This document shows positions 47,805-57,323 of a stretch of 64,000 bases of DNA, piece by piece. The stretch's first letter is position 1; the number at the start of each line of letters is the position of its first letter. The notes beneath the pieces were generated by a model. The model searched no databases, was not told where the DNA came from, and worked only from the letters and a program-made list of their open reading frames with translations. Position numbers and translations under genes: made by a program. Source of the stretch: a virus (taxonomy: Duplodnaviria > Caudoviricetes); the IMG/VR virus record IMGVR_UViG_3300043177_000122, positions 64,001-128,000 of that record; one strand, 5' to 3'.

Positions 47805-48911
47805 ATGACAAATGCGTTAAACTTACAAGAATTAGATCAAGAGCAGGCGCTCAATCTTACTAAATTCTTTATCCAATCAAAACATAATGTCTTTTTATTT
47901 GGAAGGCGTGGTGTTGGCAAGACTGATATTGCAATTCAAGCTGCTAAAGAATGTGGCTATAAAGTTAATTATATTAACCTAAGTGTAATAGAAAGACCAG
48001 ATTTAGCGGGCTATCCAGATATGAATGCGCCAGGTGATGTGATTAATTTCAAATCGCCTTATTTCTTACCCAAACTATTAGATGGTTATGAATCGGATAG
48101 TGTAATTCTTTTTGATGAAGTAGACAAGGCACAACCAGAAGTAACGGCTCCATTGTTGGAAATTCTACTATTCAAAAAAATCAATGGTATGCCAATCAAC
48201 GCAACCTCTTGTATATTAACCGGCAATCTAGCAAATGAAGGCGCCTATTCCAATGAGATAAGTTCAGCACTCTTGGATCGTGGCGCCAAATTCATTTTGC
48301 AATTTAATTTTGAGAAATGGGTTGATTGGGCCAAAGCACATAATGTACATGATCTTATTTTAGGGTTTTTACGCAGCGATCCTGAGTTTGCATGTGGGAA
48401 AGAAGAAAATACACTTTACGCCTCACCATCTCCAAGAAGTTGGACATGGGCATCAGATGCGCTACTGCGTGCCAAAGACCTCAAAGTGTCGGATATAGAC
48501 TCCGTCACCCAAATCATTTCTGGATATGTTGGAAGTGAGGCCGGGCTGAGATTCAAAATATGGTATGAACATTATCGTAAATTTGAACCTCACGTTCATT
48601 CTTTAATTGACCGTAGCGAAATGTCTCTCAATTATAGCGACTTAATGCCCACTGAAAAAGTAGTCTTTGTAGTGTCGGCATGTTATTACACAAAACAACG
48701 TGTCTTCAAAGACAGATCTAAGAATAGGTTTGCATATCTAGAGAACCTATGTAACTTCTTTCAACAATGTAAGGTAGAGCCTGAAGTTCAAATTATGGGG
48801 CTTCATAACTCTTTTGATTTTGATATGATTAGAGAACACAATTTGTATAAGTGTAAACCCTTTTTCGATCTCTTTACTAAGCTGAGTGAAAACGTTACGT
48901 TCAAGAAGTAA
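47805..48911 (+). CDS. MoxR-like AAA+ ATPase (paralog 2)
   Basis: GRRGVGKT, NLSVIERPDLAGYPD, LFDEVDKA, LTGN, LLDR, PSPRSW. Confidence 0.85.
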   Translation: MTNALNLQELDQEQALNLTKFFIQSKHNVFLFGRRGVGKTDIAIQAAKECGYKVNYINLSVIERPDLAGYPDMNAPGDVINFKSPYFLPKLLDGYESDSVILFDEVDKAQPEVTAPLLEILLFKKINGMPINATSCILTGNLANEGAYSNEISSALLDRGAKFILQFNFEKWVDWAKAHNVHDLILGFLRSDPEFACGKEENTLYASPSPRSWTWASDALLRAKDLKVSDIDSVTQIISGYVGSEAGLRFKIWYEHYRKFEPHVHSLIDRSEMSLNYSDLMPTEKVVFVVSACYYTKQRVFKDRSKNRFAYLENLCNFFQQCKVEPEVQIMGLHNSFDFDMIREHNLYKCKPFFDLFTKLSENVTFKK

Positions 48912-48921
48912 TGACGCGCCC

Positions 48922-48949
48922 TTGACATCCTAATTATAGGATTTATGTT
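48922..48949 (+). promoter_or_regulatory. sigma70-like promoter
   Basis: gcgccc-TTGACA-N16-TATGTT. Confidence 0.65.
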
Positions 48950-48966
48950 CTTATTTGTGAGGTTGT

Positions 48967-49290
48967 ATGAGTAATGTTGTTCATGTAGATGATAAAAATT
49001 TCGAAACTGAAGTCCTTCAATCTGAAGTCCCGGTTTTGGTAGATTTTGGAGCCGCGTGGTGCGGACCTTGTCAAAGACAACTACCTATTGTTGAAAAGTT
49101 TGCAACCGATAACGGAAACGTAAAAGTTTGCAAAGTAGATATTGATGATGCTCCAGTTGTAGCTTCTAAGCTCGGTATTCGTGGAGTTCCCACTTTAATG
49201 CTTTTTAATGAAGGGAAGTTTGTTGGTTCAAAAGTTGGATTAACTTCCCTAGCTGAGATTAGTAACTTTGTGCTTACTAAAACTGGCTGA
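48967..49290 (+). CDS. trxA: Thioredoxin
   Basis: LVDF.A.WCGPC, IRGVPTL. Confidence 0.92.
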   Translation: MSNVVHVDDKNFETEVLQSEVPVLVDFGAAWCGPCQRQLPIVEKFATDNGNVKVCKVDIDDAPVVASKLGIRGVPTLMLFNEGKFVGSKVGLTSLAEISNFVLTKTG

Positions 49291-49321
49291 GATTGCTAAA
49301 TTACAATTTAATATGAAATGA

Positions 49322-49345
49322 GGGCCGGCGTTTGCTGGCTTTTTA
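49322..49345 (+). terminator. Probable intrinsic terminator
   Basis: GCCGGC-GTTT-GCTGGC followed by a T run. Confidence 0.55.
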
Positions 49346-49349
49346 CTTT

Positions 49350-49607
49350 ATGGATATTCATACTGCTGCTAAATATATGTCCCATGGTTATAGGATAAAA
49401 CGAGCTGATTGGGATTCAAGAGTTTACCTATTCATTGGTTATCATGGTGGAGTTTTACAAGTAGATAGATGTATTCATCTCAATGGTGCGCCTGACACTT
49501 ACGAACCCGGCGATTGGTATCCAAGAATCCATGATATGATTGCTGATGATTGGGAATTAATTACTGAAGGTATTGTTATGTACTTTCCAGTTACTTACGA
49601 TAAATAA
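49350..49607 (+). CDS. DUF2829-like small protein
   Basis: GYRIKRADW ... DMIADDWE. Confidence 0.45.
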   Translation: MDIHTAAKYMSHGYRIKRADWDSRVYLFIGYHGGVLQVDRCIHLNGAPDTYEPGDWYPRIHDMIADDWELITEGIVMYFPVTYDK

Positions 49608-49609
49608 TC

Positions 49610-50006
49610 ATGTTTACATTTTTAATAATTGTATTTAGTATAATTATCTACCTTGCTATAGCAGGCACAACACATGGTTATGCAAAACATCGTTGGCCGC
49701 CAAATGTCGTTAGGAGACAAGTTCTAGTAAACTACAGGTGGGAATGGCAAGACCATGATACTAATAGTGGTAACAGAAGTGCGTCCACTATATTTTGGCC
49801 TTTTTATTGGGTTTTTTATTTGGCCATTTACCAAGATGAATGAGATAGCTTTCTCTAAAATTGAGAAAAGTGCAGGAGCCAAAGTTGCTAAGAATAAAGT
49901 TCGTATTGCCGAACTGCGGGCAACTCGTGATCAGCTTAAATCATCTAATGATGAATTAGAGCAGGCCGAAGCTGAATTGGAAAAAGAAATTGCTGAATCT
50001 ATGTAA
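49610..50006 (+). pseudogene. Membrane/coiled-coil protein split by a +1 frameshift
   Basis: Removing one T from T6 (49812-49817) joins ...FWPFYWVF to IWPFTKMNE... Confidence 0.55.
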
Positions 50007-50014
50007 GAGGGAAT

Positions 50015-50949
50015 ATGTCTCAAGTAAAAATGGTTGTTGGATTTCCAGCGTCTGGTAAAAGTACAGTTACAAAAGATCTAATTAAGAGTGGCGCAGTATC
50101 TCTCAACAGAGATACTGAAGGTGGAACCATTGCTAGTTTGCTCCCAAAATTAGAGCATCTTTTAAAAGACGGCAAGGATGTTGTACTTGATAATACTTTT
50201 CCTACCATTGAAGTTCGCAAACCATTTATTGAGCTGGCTAAAAAATATAATGCAGATATTAATTGTACACTAATGAGTACTTCAATTGAAGATGCTCAAT
50301 TCAATGTTGTGCAGCGTGCAATTGGTTTGATCGGAGAATTTCCAACACCAGAAACTATCAAGAAAGCTAAACATACAAACATTTTTCCTCCTACCGTCTT
50401 GTTTAAATACAAAAAAAGTTTCAAAAGCCGACCGTAGAAGAAGGGTTCTCTAAAGTAGAGATACATAAGTTTGTTCGACAGATCAATCCTGACTTTACTA
50501 ATAAGGCTTTGATTGTAGACTATGACGGCACTTTGCGCGAGTGTATTGGTGGAAATGGTAAATTTCCGGTAACCAAGGCTGAGATTGAAATTAAACCGGG
50601 ACGTACCAAAGTACTAGAAGAGTACCAAAAGAAAGGGTATCGTTTATTGGGAATTTCTAATCAAAGTGGTATAGCTAAGGGCGAGCTAAGTGATGTGGTA
50701 GCTCGTAGACTTTTTGAAGTAACTAACGACATGTTAGGCGTTGATATTGAAATTAGATACTGCCCTCATCAGTCAAATCCCATTGCGTGTTATTGCAGAA
50801 AGCCACAAACAGGTGTTTTGGTGGAATTTATGTTGAAGCATAAGCTAAATCTTAAAGAGTGTCTATTTGTAGGGGATATGACTACAGATGCAACCTGTGC
50901 TAAAAGGGCAGGGGTTCCATATGTAGATCAAGCAGAATTCTTTAAGTGA
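50015..50949 (+). pseudogene. Kinase-HAD phosphatase (PNKP-like) split by a -1 frameshift
   Basis: GFPASGKST; break at A7 (50411-50417); FQKPT.EEGF, VDYDGTLR, SNQSG, C.CRKP, FVGD. Confidence 0.8.
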
Positions 50950-50966
50950 TCTACTAATTTTTTGAT

Positions 50967-51002
50967 ATGTAGGAAACCAATTCTTAAAAAGGTTTCCTAC
51001 AT
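50967..51002 (+). promoter_or_regulatory. Hairpin sequestering the RBS and start codon of the HNH gene
   Basis: ATGTAGGAAACC-N12-GGTTTCCTACAT perfect 12-bp inverted repeat. Confidence 0.72.
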
Positions 51003-51528
51003 GAGTAATGTTAGAAGATGTATTCGCTGCAAAAAAGAAAAATCAGTTTCTGATTTTTATAATGAAAAAAGATGTCAATCCTGCAAAGATTACTATGATA
51101 CTTATTACAAGATCCATAGACAGCGGGAAATAGATCGAGCTAAAAATGTTCAGAATAAAGATAGAAATAAAACTAACGCCTATAAAAGAAAGCTCAATCG
51201 ACAAACTCCTCTAAACATTTGTTTACAGCAAGCTCGTAGGAGAGCTAAGTTAAAAGGTGTACCATTTGATATTACAATTGATGATTTAGAAATTCCTGAT
51301 GTATGTCCGGTTTTAGGAATACCCCTTCAAGTTAATACGGGTCATGCTAAAGAAAATTCTTACTCGCTTGATCGTATTATCCCAGAAAGGGGATATGTAA
51401 AAGGCAACGTTGCTGTTATAAGCTACAAAGCCAACACAATTAAGAATAATGCCACAATTGAAGATTTAGAAAAAGTTTTACAATGGTTAAGGTCCATTAA
51501 TGATAGCAATCATAGCACTACTAGTTAG
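51001..51528 (+). CDS. HNH/EndoVII-like homing endonuclease
   Basis: CIRC..CQSC, CPVLGI, SLDRIIPERGYVKGNV.VIS.KAN..K. Confidence 0.8.
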   Translation: MSNVRRCIRCKKEKSVSDFYNEKRCQSCKDYYDTYYKIHRQREIDRAKNVQNKDRNKTNAYKRKLNRQTPLNICLQQARRRAKLKGVPFDITIDDLEIPDVCPVLGIPLQVNTGHAKENSYSLDRIIPERGYVKGNVAVISYKANTIKNNATIEDLEKVLQWLRSINDSNHSTTS

Positions 51529-51934
51529 TATAACTAGTTTATTTTTTACCATAATTTCTTTTTGGAAAAACTCTGCCAGAGTTAACATGAAAGTAACAAG
51601 AGGCAAAATAGGATGCATAGGACCATTGTGGAAAAATGCTCATGAAGTTTTGTATTTTACAGTAGCTAATGTTGGTGGTAAAAGGGTCAAACTGAATAAT
51701 ATTGTTATGATGGCTCTTGGTAAATCAGGAGGAATATTAGTAACTCCACATTTAACTCACGCCTTTACTCCCCAAGATATTGATCCTGGACAAGATGTTT
51801 CGTTTGAATTAGCTTTAAATTCAACTGTCGCGCCTGAATATATTAGGCTTATAAAATATGGGTATGAGTTTTATGGCTGCTTAAATGATGGTCGTCAAAT
51901 AAAATTTGAAGGTGATTTAGGAGTTTTCAAATGA
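51500..51934 (+). CDS. Membrane-anchored hypothetical protein
   Basis: N-terminal hydrophobic helix. Confidence 0.45.
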   Translation: MIAIIALLVSITSLFFTIISFWKNSARVNMKVTRGKIGCIGPLWKNAHEVLYFTVANVGGKRVKLNNIVMMALGKSGGILVTPHLTHAFTPQDIDPGQDVSFELALNSTVAPEYIRLIKYGYEFYGCLNDGRQIKFEGDLGVFK

Positions 51935-52191
51935 AACGTAAATTCAAAATCACATTTGAAGTCGATTGTAAATATCCTTATATTGAAAAGGAAACTGAAA
52001 AGTTATCAAAAGCATTTGATCAATGGCTCAAAGACTGGTCCTCCCCCGACAGTTCTGGGCGTGATATAATCCCTGTATTATATGATAGGACAGATGAACA
52101 TCAACCGAATGGTACAGTTAGGGTTAAGATTATACGAGATGGAGAAGAGATTCTCAATGCTTGGTGGGATGAATTATCAAATGATTTCTGA
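51931..52191 (+). CDS. Hypothetical protein
   Basis: ATGA overlap, GGAG RBS. Confidence 0.45.
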   Translation: MKRKFKITFEVDCKYPYIEKETEKLSKAFDQWLKDWSSPDSSGRDIIPVLYDRTDEHQPNGTVRVKIIRDGEEILNAWWDELSNDF

Positions 52192-52459
52192 AGATGATTT
52201 AAAACCAGTTATCGAAATTGGTGAGGGCTTGATAAGTGCCGTTTATTACAACGATTTGTCTGGCGAAATAAGTATTGAGAATGAAGATTATGACCAAATC
52301 TTTTTCAGAGATGATGGTAAGCTTAAGCATCATATAGAATATTTAGAAGAAGAGATTGAAGCTTTGAAAAAAGCTTATTTCAATAATATGAAAGTTTTTA
52401 AACGCGCCATTTTTCTTTTGAAAAAAGAACAAGCTAAATTTAAAAAGGCAAAGAAATGA
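52181..52459 (+). CDS. Hypothetical protein
   Basis: Overlaps both neighbours. Confidence 0.45.
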   Translation: MISEDDLKPVIEIGEGLISAVYYNDLSGEISIENEDYDQIFFRDDGKLKHHIEYLEEEIEALKKAYFNNMKVFKRAIFLLKKEQAKFKKAKK

Positions 52460-53397
52460 TTAAAGTAGAAATGTTAGTTGGTATCCCTGGTTCGGGTAAG
52501 TCTACTTACGCTAAGCAGGTGGTTGCCAAAGACCCAAACAACTGGGTTCGAGTGAACAACGATGATTTGCGTGCTATGATGAATGGCAACGTGTGGAGTG
52601 CAGACTATGAAAAGATGGTTACGGATGCTCGCAACTATCTTATCCGAGATGCTTTGAAGCGTGGCAAAAATGTTATTATCGACAACTTGAATCTTAACCG
52701 TCGTCATTTTGATGATGTGTGTAAGATTGCTAAGTCAGTCAATGCTGATATTCAGGTTTTTGAAAAAGCATTCTACGTAGAACTTGATGAGGCTATGGTT
52801 CGCAATGCTGCTCGTACTGGTGCGGCCCGAGTTCCTGATGAAGCTATGAAGAAGTGGTGGAAGGAATCTGGTGGCAAGCAGTTCAAATTCTACAAGCCGC
52901 GTGTAGAAATCTACAAAGAACGCCAAGGGTCTGCTCCAGAGTTTGCACCTCCGGTTTGGCACGATACTCTTAAAACAGCCGTTCTTTGCGACCTTGATGG
53001 TACTTTGGCTTTGATTCATAATCGCAGTCCATATGATGCCACTGATTGTGATGTCAAAGATTTGCCAAACTGGCCAGTTATTGAGACAATTATTGCTCAC
53101 TATAATGCGGGCCGCAAAATCATTTTCTGTTCTGGACGTGAAGATAAACACCGTGAGGCCACTATTAGGTTTATTGAGAAATATTGCCTAGTGGATGGTA
53201 AACCCATCGAATATGAACTTTATATGCGCAAGACTGATGACTTCCGTAAAGATTCTATCATTAAAGAAGAAATCTACCAGCAGCATATTGCAAACCAGTA
53301 CAATGTGCTGTGCGTCCTTGATGACCGTGACCAAGTAGTTGAATTCTGGCGACGGATGGGATTAGCTTGTTTTCAGGTCGCTCCCGGCAATTTCTAA
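52456..53397 (+). CDS. pseT: Polynucleotide 5'-kinase/3'-phosphatase (T4 PseT-like)
   Basis: GIPGSGKST, NNDDLR, CDLDGTLA, FCSGR, RKD..IK.E, LDDR. Confidence 0.9.
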   Translation: MIKVEMLVGIPGSGKSTYAKQVVAKDPNNWVRVNNDDLRAMMNGNVWSADYEKMVTDARNYLIRDALKRGKNVIIDNLNLNRRHFDDVCKIAKSVNADIQVFEKAFYVELDEAMVRNAARTGAARVPDEAMKKWWKESGGKQFKFYKPRVEIYKERQGSAPEFAPPVWHDTLKTAVLCDLDGTLALIHNRSPYDATDCDVKDLPNWPVIETIIAHYNAGRKIIFCSGREDKHREATIRFIEKYCLVDGKPIEYELYMRKTDDFRKDSIIKEEIYQQHIANQYNVLCVLDDRDQVVEFWRRMGLACFQVAPGNF

Positions 53398-53760
53398 CCA
53401 GTTTTAGTGTAACGTGCGGGGTTCTGTTTGTTGGTTCGTTCTCTGTGACAATTAGCACATACAACTTCGCACTTTACTAACTCTTCTTTAATTTTATCGA
53501 AGGACATTCTTCGCCTGCGCATTGTACTAAGTTTCAAAAACTTGTTGCTTGGATTTACATGATCCAAATCCATTACGTAAGGCGGATACTTGATACCACA
53601 ATCTGCGCAGGGTTTGTCTTTGTATGAATTGATTAGTTCATCAAGCTCTTTGTCACGTTTCTTGGCTTGTTTGAAATAACGCTCTTTGTTCTCTTGATAG
53701 TTTTGTCTACCGGCAGCACGATGACACTCTACACAGTAGTGACTACGTTCGGGATTTTTG
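53394..53760 (-). pseudogene. HNH endonuclease, 5' end missing
   Basis: YCVECH, KPCADCG, MDLDHV, KCEVVCANCHR.RT; no credible start. Confidence 0.7.
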
Positions 53761-53787
53761 GATGGGTTAATTTTTGTTAAAATAACT

Positions 53788-54029
<242 letters not shown>

Positions 54030-54047
54030 ACTTTTCGGTTGCCGGCC

Positions 54048-54075
54048 TTGACGCCCTATTTATGAGAATTATGGT
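54048..54075 (+). promoter_or_regulatory. sigma70-like promoter
   Basis: gccggcc-TTGACG-N16-TATGGT; separated from the next + gene by an antisense LAGLIDADG gene. Confidence 0.45.
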
Positions 54076-54728
54076 ATAGGTGTGAGCGAGAATTTCTCGT
54101 ATTTCCGGGCCAGATAAATTGTAGCTTCGTTATAGAGATAATGGTAAATCTTTTTAATATCATCCTTTTTTCATAGCTGAGATAATATGGCCATTATCTT
54201 GTGTATAATGATGTAATTCTACTTTAAGCTCCTCTTCTATAATAGATTTGATTTTCATTAGAAATGAAAGCGAAACACTATACATACTAAATATTTTAGA
54301 CTTTTCATCACTGCGTATGTAGATGCAACCATCGCCATCAAAGAAGCCGCGAATAAAATCTCGTCTAAATTCTTTTGGAAGACTATTTGGATATTGTAAA
54401 CTGAAACTTTTATTTGGAATACATCCCCATTTATTAAGCTGTTGACATAAATATCGGCTTGCTATGCGAAGTGAGACCATCTTACTTTTATTTCGCGTTC
54501 TATAAGAAATAGGATGATTGGCACATAGATGCTTTTTCATAAGTAACAAATGTTCGCTATCATTTGCAGATAACTCTATTGTTAATTCGTCTCCCGTGTT
54601 ACAGGCGTCTGCCATACAAAAGCCCAACCAATACGCTTTAATTGAATTTTCGATTTCATCGAAGAACGATTCATCAAACGAATATTTTTTAGTGGCGTAT
54701 TTAGAACATTATTAATTCTGGCACACAT
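54069..54728 (-). pseudogene. LAGLIDADG homing endonuclease, frameshifted
   Basis: SFFDEIENSIKAYWLGFCMAD, FIRGFFDGDG; +1 in run 54166-54171 cuts off KIYHYLYNEATIYLARKYEKF. Confidence 0.78.
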
Positions 54729-54785
54729 CTAATTGACCGGATGCCATTATATAACATTTCTGTTTCACAAGGAGTATAAAGAGCT

Positions 54786-55046
54786 ATGGGCGCTATTGTA
54801 TTAGGTCTAATCTTCCTAATGGTAATTTGGGTTCTTTGGAAGATGTTTATTGATGGGTGGCTTTTTAAAGCTATTCTATTTTTCGCTGGGTGGGTCGGAC
54901 TATACGTGCTTCTAGCAGTTTATGTTGATGGAGCAAAGAATGTCGCATTCACCATGAGTAATGGGTTTTCTATGAGCTGGGCTGCGGTAGTTCCAACCAT
55001 TATTTGTTTCCTTTGTTTATTGTGTACGAAAGTTTCAAGTGAATAA
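54786..55046 (+). CDS. Small membrane protein
   Basis: Three hydrophobic segments; AAGGAG upstream. Confidence 0.5.
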   Translation: MGAIVLGLIFLMVIWVLWKMFIDGWLFKAILFFAGWVGLYVLLAVYVDGAKNVAFTMSNGFSMSWAAVVPTIICFLCLLCTKVSSE

Positions 55047-55237
55047 TGTATTGCATGAATTGTGGTGAGATTTGGCATGATTGCATTTGTATTCCTTGGT
55101 GTTGGGATCACGATTCGGTAGAGCCTTGTCAAACTTGCCAGTTTCTTAGAAAAGAAAAATTAGAAAAGGAAGCTATGTTAGCTCCTTTCTTAGTGCCTTG
55201 GTATAAACACATAATAAAGTATTTAACAGGAAAATAG
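55046..55237 (+). CDS. Small Cys-rich protein
   Basis: C..C...C.C...C..H....C..C. Confidence 0.4.
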   Translation: MYCMNCGEIWHDCICIPWCWDHDSVEPCQTCQFLRKEKLEKEAMLAPFLVPWYKHIIKYLTGK

Positions 55238-55239
55238 CC

Positions 55240-55452
55240 ATGAATAAAATGTTTACAGACAATGGATTTATTTCTGAAGAAGGTAAAAAGGTTTTACAAC
55301 CACTACATGATGGCTTAATGGAAGTTGTTCGTGCTCCCGAAGTGCAAGCTATGTCTGTACAAGAGCTGCGAACTTTACAGGCTAACTTGGCTAAACTGAT
55401 TGGCGAAGTTATGTCTGGAGAGATTTTTATTCGTAATAAGCAAGGAAAGTAA
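55240..55452 (+). CDS. Hypothetical protein
   Basis: AGGA RBS. Confidence 0.5.
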   Translation: MNKMFTDNGFISEEGKKVLQPLHDGLMEVVRAPEVQAMSVQELRTLQANLAKLIGEVMSGEIFIRNKQGK

Positions 55453-55453
55453 C

Positions 55454-56698
55454 ATGAAGCTTTTAGTCCAGGAATATCTGGAAACTCATTCATTTGGAGA
55501 TTTGGCACGTGAACATGGAGTATATGCGTCATTCTCTAAATCTGGCCACAAGTTTTCATTAAACTATGATCAGATTGAAGCAAAGGAATCTAATCCATTA
55601 GCACAACAATGCCGCGGATTGATCTTATCTTCTGTTGATGGTAAACCATATGCATGGAATCCAACACCAGATGGTAAATTGTCCCGCGATGATATTAAAC
55701 CAGGACCAACCAAAATTCTCGCTTATCCGATGAATAGATTTTTCAATCATGGTCAGGGTGCAGCTGCCGACATTGATTGGTCTGATCCTAAATTGGCCGT
55801 TCTAGAAAAATTGGATGGAACCCTATGTATTGTTTATTGGGATGAATTCGTTAACAAATGGTGTGTGGCAACTCGTTCTGTGCCTGAGGCAGATCTACTA
55901 ATGGATAATGGTATCTATACTTTTCGAACTCTGTTTGAAAAAGCTTTTGTGGATACTACCGGATATGAATTCGATGTGTTTACTAGGTACTTAGCAAAGG
56001 AATGCACCTACTGTTTTGAATTAACTACGCCATACAACCGTATCGTAGTTGAATATAAAACCAATGGTGTGGCTTTACTGGCCATTAGAAATCTCGTTAC
56101 TCTAAACGAAATCGCAACGGATCACCCATATTGGGACACTCTGCCAAGGAGCCTTCCATTCGTACAGGCATACACGTACACGTCTGTGGAAGATTTGGTT
56201 AATTGGGTATCGTCATTGAATCCAATTGAACACGAAGGTGTTGTTGTTCGAGACTCAAAATTCAATCGAATTAAAGTCAAGAATGCGGCCTATGTAGCTT
56301 ATAATAAACTTCATGATCGTCTAGGTTCATCAGAACGTAACTGTATGGAATTTGTTCTTTTAGAGAAGGATGATGATGTTGCTCCATTCATGCCCCCAGA
56401 AATTGTAGAGAATATGCAAAAACTGAAAAAAGGTTTACAAAAATCCTTTATGAAGTATGATAGTGTTTATAATTTAATTACACTAAACTTGAAGGCTTCA
56501 GGTCTAGAAGGTAATAAGAAAGAGTTTGCTCTTCTTGTTACAAAACATAAAGACTTATGGCATGCACCTTTCTTCGCAATGTGGGATGGTAAAGCATCAT
56601 CTTTGAAGGATTTTATTCAACAAAATCGCAAAGATGGCACCTGGGGTGATGGTTTTTTGGATAGACTTTTAGATTTATCAAAAAAATCTTTACCGTGA
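55454..56698 (+). CDS. RNA ligase, T4 Rnl1-like
   Basis: CRGLIL, RFFN, motif I EKLDG, FELT.P.NRIVV, EGVVV, IKVKN. Confidence 0.85.
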   Translation: MKLLVQEYLETHSFGDLAREHGVYASFSKSGHKFSLNYDQIEAKESNPLAQQCRGLILSSVDGKPYAWNPTPDGKLSRDDIKPGPTKILAYPMNRFFNHGQGAAADIDWSDPKLAVLEKLDGTLCIVYWDEFVNKWCVATRSVPEADLLMDNGIYTFRTLFEKAFVDTTGYEFDVFTRYLAKECTYCFELTTPYNRIVVEYKTNGVALLAIRNLVTLNEIATDHPYWDTLPRSLPFVQAYTYTSVEDLVNWVSSLNPIEHEGVVVRDSKFNRIKVKNAAYVAYNKLHDRLGSSERNCMEFVLLEKDDDVAPFMPPEIVENMQKLKKGLQKSFMKYDSVYNLITLNLKASGLEGNKKEFALLVTKHKDLWHAPFFAMWDGKASSLKDFIQQNRKDGTWGDGFLDRLLDLSKKSLP

Positions 56699-56719
56699 TA
56701 TATACGCAAATTGGAGGGG

Positions 56720-56748
56720 TTGACGCCATCGTCGGTCGACGTTACCCT
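56720..56748 (+). promoter_or_regulatory. Possible promoter of hsp20
   Basis: TTGACG-N17-TACCCT. Confidence 0.4.
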
Positions 56749-56798
56749 TCTAAATGACCTTCCATGGTCTTAACCTTTTTATTTTTTCGGAGGTAATT

Positions 56799-57251
56799 AT
56801 GTTATCACTTTGGAATCCATTTATTCCTGTTGTTAGGGATCGTTCTGATAGTAGAATTTCTACTAAGAACTATTTTGATCGTTTGTTTGAAGATACTTTT
56901 ACTACTATGACTCAAGACCTGTTTAATGGTCATTTGACAGGGTTAGGCATTGAGCAAAAGAAAAATGAAGATGGGTCACTTGCTGTATCCATTGACATAC
57001 CTGGCATTAAAGAAGAGGACATCACTATTGAGGTTGAAGACAATATAGTGCGTGTTAAAGGTGAACGTAAAACCGCTACCTCTTCTTATGCAGTTAATAA
57101 GAGCATTCTTATTCCAGAAGGATATTCTTCTGACGATGTAAAAGCAGAGCTTGTTGATGGTGTCTTATCTCTAACTTTGGCAGCCAAACAGTTACCACAA
57201 AAAGAGATAAAAAAGATAGCTATAAGCTCATCTCCTAAACAACTGAAGTAA
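56799..57251 (+). CDS. Small heat-shock protein Hsp20
   Basis: GGAGG RBS; IDIPGIKEEDI.IEV....V.GE, A.L.DGVL.LTL. Confidence 0.9.
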   Translation: MLSLWNPFIPVVRDRSDSRISTKNYFDRLFEDTFTTMTQDLFNGHLTGLGIEQKKNEDGSLAVSIDIPGIKEEDITIEVEDNIVRVKGERKTATSSYAVNKSILIPEGYSSDDVKAELVDGVLSLTLAAKQLPQKEIKKIAISSSPKQLK

Positions 57252-57260
57252 TATAGGGAA

Positions 57261-57295
57261 AGAGGTCGGTTGATTTAACCGGCCTTTTTGTTTTT
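57261..57295 (+). terminator. Rho-independent terminator
   Basis: AGGTCGGTT-GATTT-AACCGGCCT followed by TTTTGTTTTT. Confidence 0.78.
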
Positions 57296-57323
57296 GTACT
57301 AGTAATTACGATATATACTATGT

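Noticed and set aside
50405-50425. Programmed -1 frameshift in the PNKP-like gene (A7G)
   Set aside because: The run is not phased as the canonical A_AAA_AAG, I saw no clear stimulatory hairpin, and similar homopolymer breaks occur across the window. It remains testable by Ribo-seq.
56700-56800. CIRCE/HrcA heat-shock operator before hsp20
   Set aside because: TTAGCACTC-N9-GAGTGCTAA is absent; only a short CGTCG-gt-CGACG palindrome is present.
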